Origin: a virus
Taxonomy: Duplodnaviria > Caudoviricetes
Strand: one strand, 5' to 3'
IMG/VR virus record: IMGVR_UViG_2706795742_000001
Span: 1 to 64,000 of that record
Length of the DNA stretch: 64,000 nt
Shown: positions 61,467 to 64,000 of the stretch, one piece after another
Numbering within the stretch: the stretch's first letter is position 1
Layout of the letters: the number at the start of each line of letters is the position of its first letter
Notes under the pieces: model-generated
Database searches by the model: none
What the model was told of the DNA's origin: nothing
The model's input: only the letters and a program-made list of their open reading frames with translations
Program-made: the position numbers and the translations under genes

Positions 61467-64000
61467 TCACAAAATCCTCTTTTCAATCTCAGAAAGCAGG
61501 AACTTCATATCGGCACTGTCTTTCATAAGCACAGTGTCGAAGCCGAATTTCTTCGGTGAGTCAGTCATCATGCCGACGCACAGAACCGAAATTCCAAGAC
61601 GCTTGCAATTCTCGATTTCTCGAAGAATAAGCGCCTCTTCTTCGTCGGTATTCTGCTCCGGGATTTTACCGTCGGTGAAGTATATAATCATCTTCTTATT
61701 GGCGCGCGAACGCTCCAACTTCTTCCGGTAGAATTCCAGATTGTGACCGTCAAGACTTCCGCCGGAATCTCGCAAATCCTTGAGCATTTGCTGAGCCTTG
61801 TCGTCCCACGGCTTATTGAGCGCCTTGCACTCAATCATCTGCTGCAAATATCCGTCATCATGCTGATCGTAGTTGAACGTATGAGCATACATTCCGAAAT
61901 TCACGCCAGTCTTATGGAAAAGGCTGGCAATGTAGAATCCGGCGGACTTAATATCAGAAAGCAGAGTCTTTCCATAGTTGCTCTGAGACATTGAGCTAGT
62001 GCTACCGGAAACGTCCAAACCGACGATAATGTCGAAATCGACACCCTCTGCAATATGGCGCTTCTGGAACAGGCGATCGTCACCATATGCAAACCGGGAA
62101 AGCGAACGGCTAGAAACACGGCCCGTCTTAAGGTTACGCTCGTATCGGTCCTTTTTGCTGTCGCCGAATACGCGCTTAGCCTTAAGCAGAGCGCCAGCCA
62201 TGACGCTAGTCACGTTATCCTCGTTGATTGCATGACGAGGATTGTCACGGTCGAAAATGTAACTAGAACCGTAACCGGACTGATCGGAATAAGTCTTGAC
62301 TCCGTTCACGTCAACGGAAATGGAATCGAAATCCTCAGACTGTCGGGCGATCCGGTCCATATCCTTCGGGTCAATAGCGTCCATATCGAATTCCTGATCG
62401 GAATTCTCGTCATGGTTACTGTCGTCCTTTTCGGCGTGAGCGTGACCGAGCGCCTGCTGTAGAGCCTTTTCCAGGTCCTCACGAGAAACCTCGACGGTTT
62501 CGGAATCATCGTCGGAATCTTGCTCAGAATTAACAGCGTCCTGACCGGCATTCTTTGAGTTTTCGTTTCCAGCGTTCATTCCGGAATTGTCACCCTGAGA
62601 AGCCGACTCGGCATTATCCTGCTCAGAATCAGAGTCAGAGTCAGAATCTTCTTCACCGTGATTTCCGTCGCCAGATTCGGAAATATCTCCCGTGCCATGC
62701 TCTGCTGAGTTATCAGCATTATCGGAATCGTCGGCGTCGGAATCGTCGGCGTCGGAATCCTGGTCAGAGTCTCCGGAATCGGTGTCGCCGGAATCCTGCT
62801 CAGAATCCCCCAAATCCTGCTCAGAATTACTCGACTCTGAATCTCCGGAATCACCGTCATCCTGAGAATCCTGGTCAGAGTCACCGGAATTGCCGTCCTG
62901 TGCGGAATCACTCTCATCCTGAGAATCCTGGTCAGAGTCAGAGCTATCGGCGTTATCGGCGCTCTCATCCTGAGAATCCTGCTCAGAATCTACGGAATCG
63001 GTGTCGCCGGAATCCTGCTCAGCGCTTTCACCGGATTCTGAGCTATCAGCCTGGTCTGCCTGGTCAGAATTATCTGCCTGGTCTGCCTGAGAATCCTGCT
63101 TTTCGTCAGAATCATCGGTAGTTTCAGGCTTCGGCGGCGTGTAATCGTCATGTGGGAAGAATTCACCCTGAGACATTTCACAGATAACAGCGGAAAGAAT
63201 CACGGCGCGCATAGCGGTTTCTTCCAGCGATTCGGGAACGTAAAGCATTCCCATTTCGTCCAGTGCGTTAACGATTTCGACGGCGCGGCGATTAAGGCGA
63301 CCATCAATTTCGTGTCCCTGAGTCTTGAAAAGAATGCCCACCTGAATCTGAGCGGCAACCGGCATATTCTTCCAAAGAACTTTGGTTCCGTCGGTCAAGC
63401 TAATTCCGTCATTCAGAACATTCTCGCCCTGGAAATAACGCTGCTCAGTGAGCCCCGGTCGGGCGACGCTGGCAATGTAATCAATGCGCGTATCTTCCAC
63501 AACCAAAACCATAGGAACGGCTGCTTTGTAAACAGCTTCCACGAATTCCTGAGCACCGGCATAGCTGTAGCTGTTATTTCGCATGGCACCCAAAAACCGA
63601 ATGCTCAGGCCGGAAATGAAATCGTCTGAGACACCGGCGGCCTTAAGCTCGGACTCGAACTTATTCTTGGTGTCAGTGAGCGACTTAAAGGCGAGCTTGT
63701 CAAAGCTGCCATTAACGCAGTGAGAGATTTCATGGTAAAGACCAGAGTAAATCTCTTCCCACTTTTCGCAAGCCTCACAAATCATGAGGCCGGTTTTCTC
63801 ATCACGAATTTCGCAAATCGTGTAATCGTGCTGAGTATTACGAGCCAGGCTAACCGGCGGGCGAACATAAATCTTTTTGCCGTCCGTCGCGGTATTCTTG
63901 CCAGCGACAACCTGGAAATTCGGACGCTTGACACCGGCTGCTTTTGCGGCTGCATTCGCAAACCGGGTCAGGTCAGTGGAAATCCGGCGGAATTCCTTTA
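61467..64000 (-). CDS. CobT-like zincin + acidic linker + von Willebrand A protein (5' end outside window)
   Basis: Frame open to 64000 (..TATDGKKIYV.P..); HEISH; D/S/Q repeats; MIDAS DVSGS and FTDG. Confidence 0.85.
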   Translation of the reverse strand, partial: KEFRRISTDLTRFANAAAKAAGVKRPNFQVVAGKNTATDGKKIYVRPPVSLARNTQHDYTICEIRDEKTGLMICEACEKWEEIYSGLYHEISHCVNGSFDKLAFKSLTDTKNKFESELKAAGVSDDFISGLSIRFLGAMRNNSYSYAGAQEFVEAVYKAAVPMVLVVEDTRIDYIASVARPGLTEQRYFQGENVLNDGISLTDGTKVLWKNMPVAAQIQVGILFKTQGHEIDGRLNRRAVEIVNALDEMGMLYVPESLEETAMRAVILSAVICEMSQGEFFPHDDYTPPKPETTDDSDEKQDSQADQADNSDQADQADSSESGESAEQDSGDTDSVDSEQDSQDESADNADSSDSDQDSQDESDSAQDGNSGDSDQDSQDDGDSGDSESSNSEQDLGDSEQDSGDTDSGDSDQDSDADDSDADDSDNADNSAEHGTGDISESGDGNHGEEDSDSDSDSEQDNAESASQGDNSGMNAGNENSKNAGQDAVNSEQDSDDDSETVEVSREDLEKALQQALGHAHAEKDDSNHDENSDQEFDMDAIDPKDMDRIARQSEDFDSISVDVNGVKTYSDQSGYGSSYIFDRDNPRHAINEDNVTSVMAGALLKAKRVFGDSKKDRYERNLKTGRVSSRSLSRFAYGDDRLFQKRHIAEGVDFDIIVGLDVSGSTSSMSQSNYGKTLLSDIKSAGFYIASLFHKTGVNFGMYAHTFNYDQHDDGYLQQMIECKALNKPWDDKAQQMLKDLRDSGGSLDGHNLEFYRKKLERSRANKKMIIYFTDGKIPEQNTDEEEALILREIENCKRLGISVLCVGMMTDSPKKFGFDTVLMKDSADMKFLLSEIEKRIL
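62520..63130 (-). repeat. Degenerate tandem repeats encoding DSEQDS/DSDQDS acidic linker
   Basis: Recurrent GAATCCTG(C/G)TCAGA units on + strand. Confidence 0.8.

Noticed and set aside
1-64000. tRNA or tmRNA genes
   Set aside because: No T-loop GTTCRA with cloverleaf context seen on either strand by eye; tRNAscan-SE or ARAGORN would be needed to exclude them

Overview
The window is most of the genome of a long-tailed (siphovirus-like) actinobacteriophage with roughly 50% GC background. The host group is inferred from the WhiB, ThyX, DUF732-type lipoprotein, cutinase-like lysin B and actinophage-type lysin A domains; Gordonia/Rhodococcus-type host is unverified inference. The left arm (+ strand, ~0.4-38.0 kb) runs: unknown gene, intein-containing terminase, Mu-like portal, protease/scaffold and capsid, head-tail and tail genes, a 3272-aa tape measure with peptidase and transglycosylase domains, minor tails, and a fragmented lysis cassette interrupted by a split C5 methyltransferase. 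A perfect 19-bp hairpin at 38.02 kb marks the convergent junction. The right arm (- strand, 38.1-64 kb) carries nucleotide metabolism, replication, recombination and regulatory genes: MazG-like, ThyX, RecB/Cas4-like nuclease, WhiB, RusA, beta clamp, Orn, SNF2 helicase, SSB-like, tyrosine recombinase, SLOG protein, SAM methyltransferase, and a zincin-vWA protein truncated by the window end. The most unusual signals are: (1) two copies of an apparently conserved, covarying structured RNA/DNA motif at 49.9 and 54.5 kb, each followed by the same 17-bp leader; (2) a split endolysin whose two catalytic proteins end in, and whose separate third protein begins with, the same Q(F/L)MGT motif; (3) recurrent short ~75-80% GC islands inside ordinary genes; (4) a probable -1 frameshift that N-terminally extends WhiB; (5) two repeat arrays in the 60.6-61.3 kb non-coding region. 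No tRNA, rRNA or CRISPR array was seen. All functional calls come from motif recognition by eye, not database searches.
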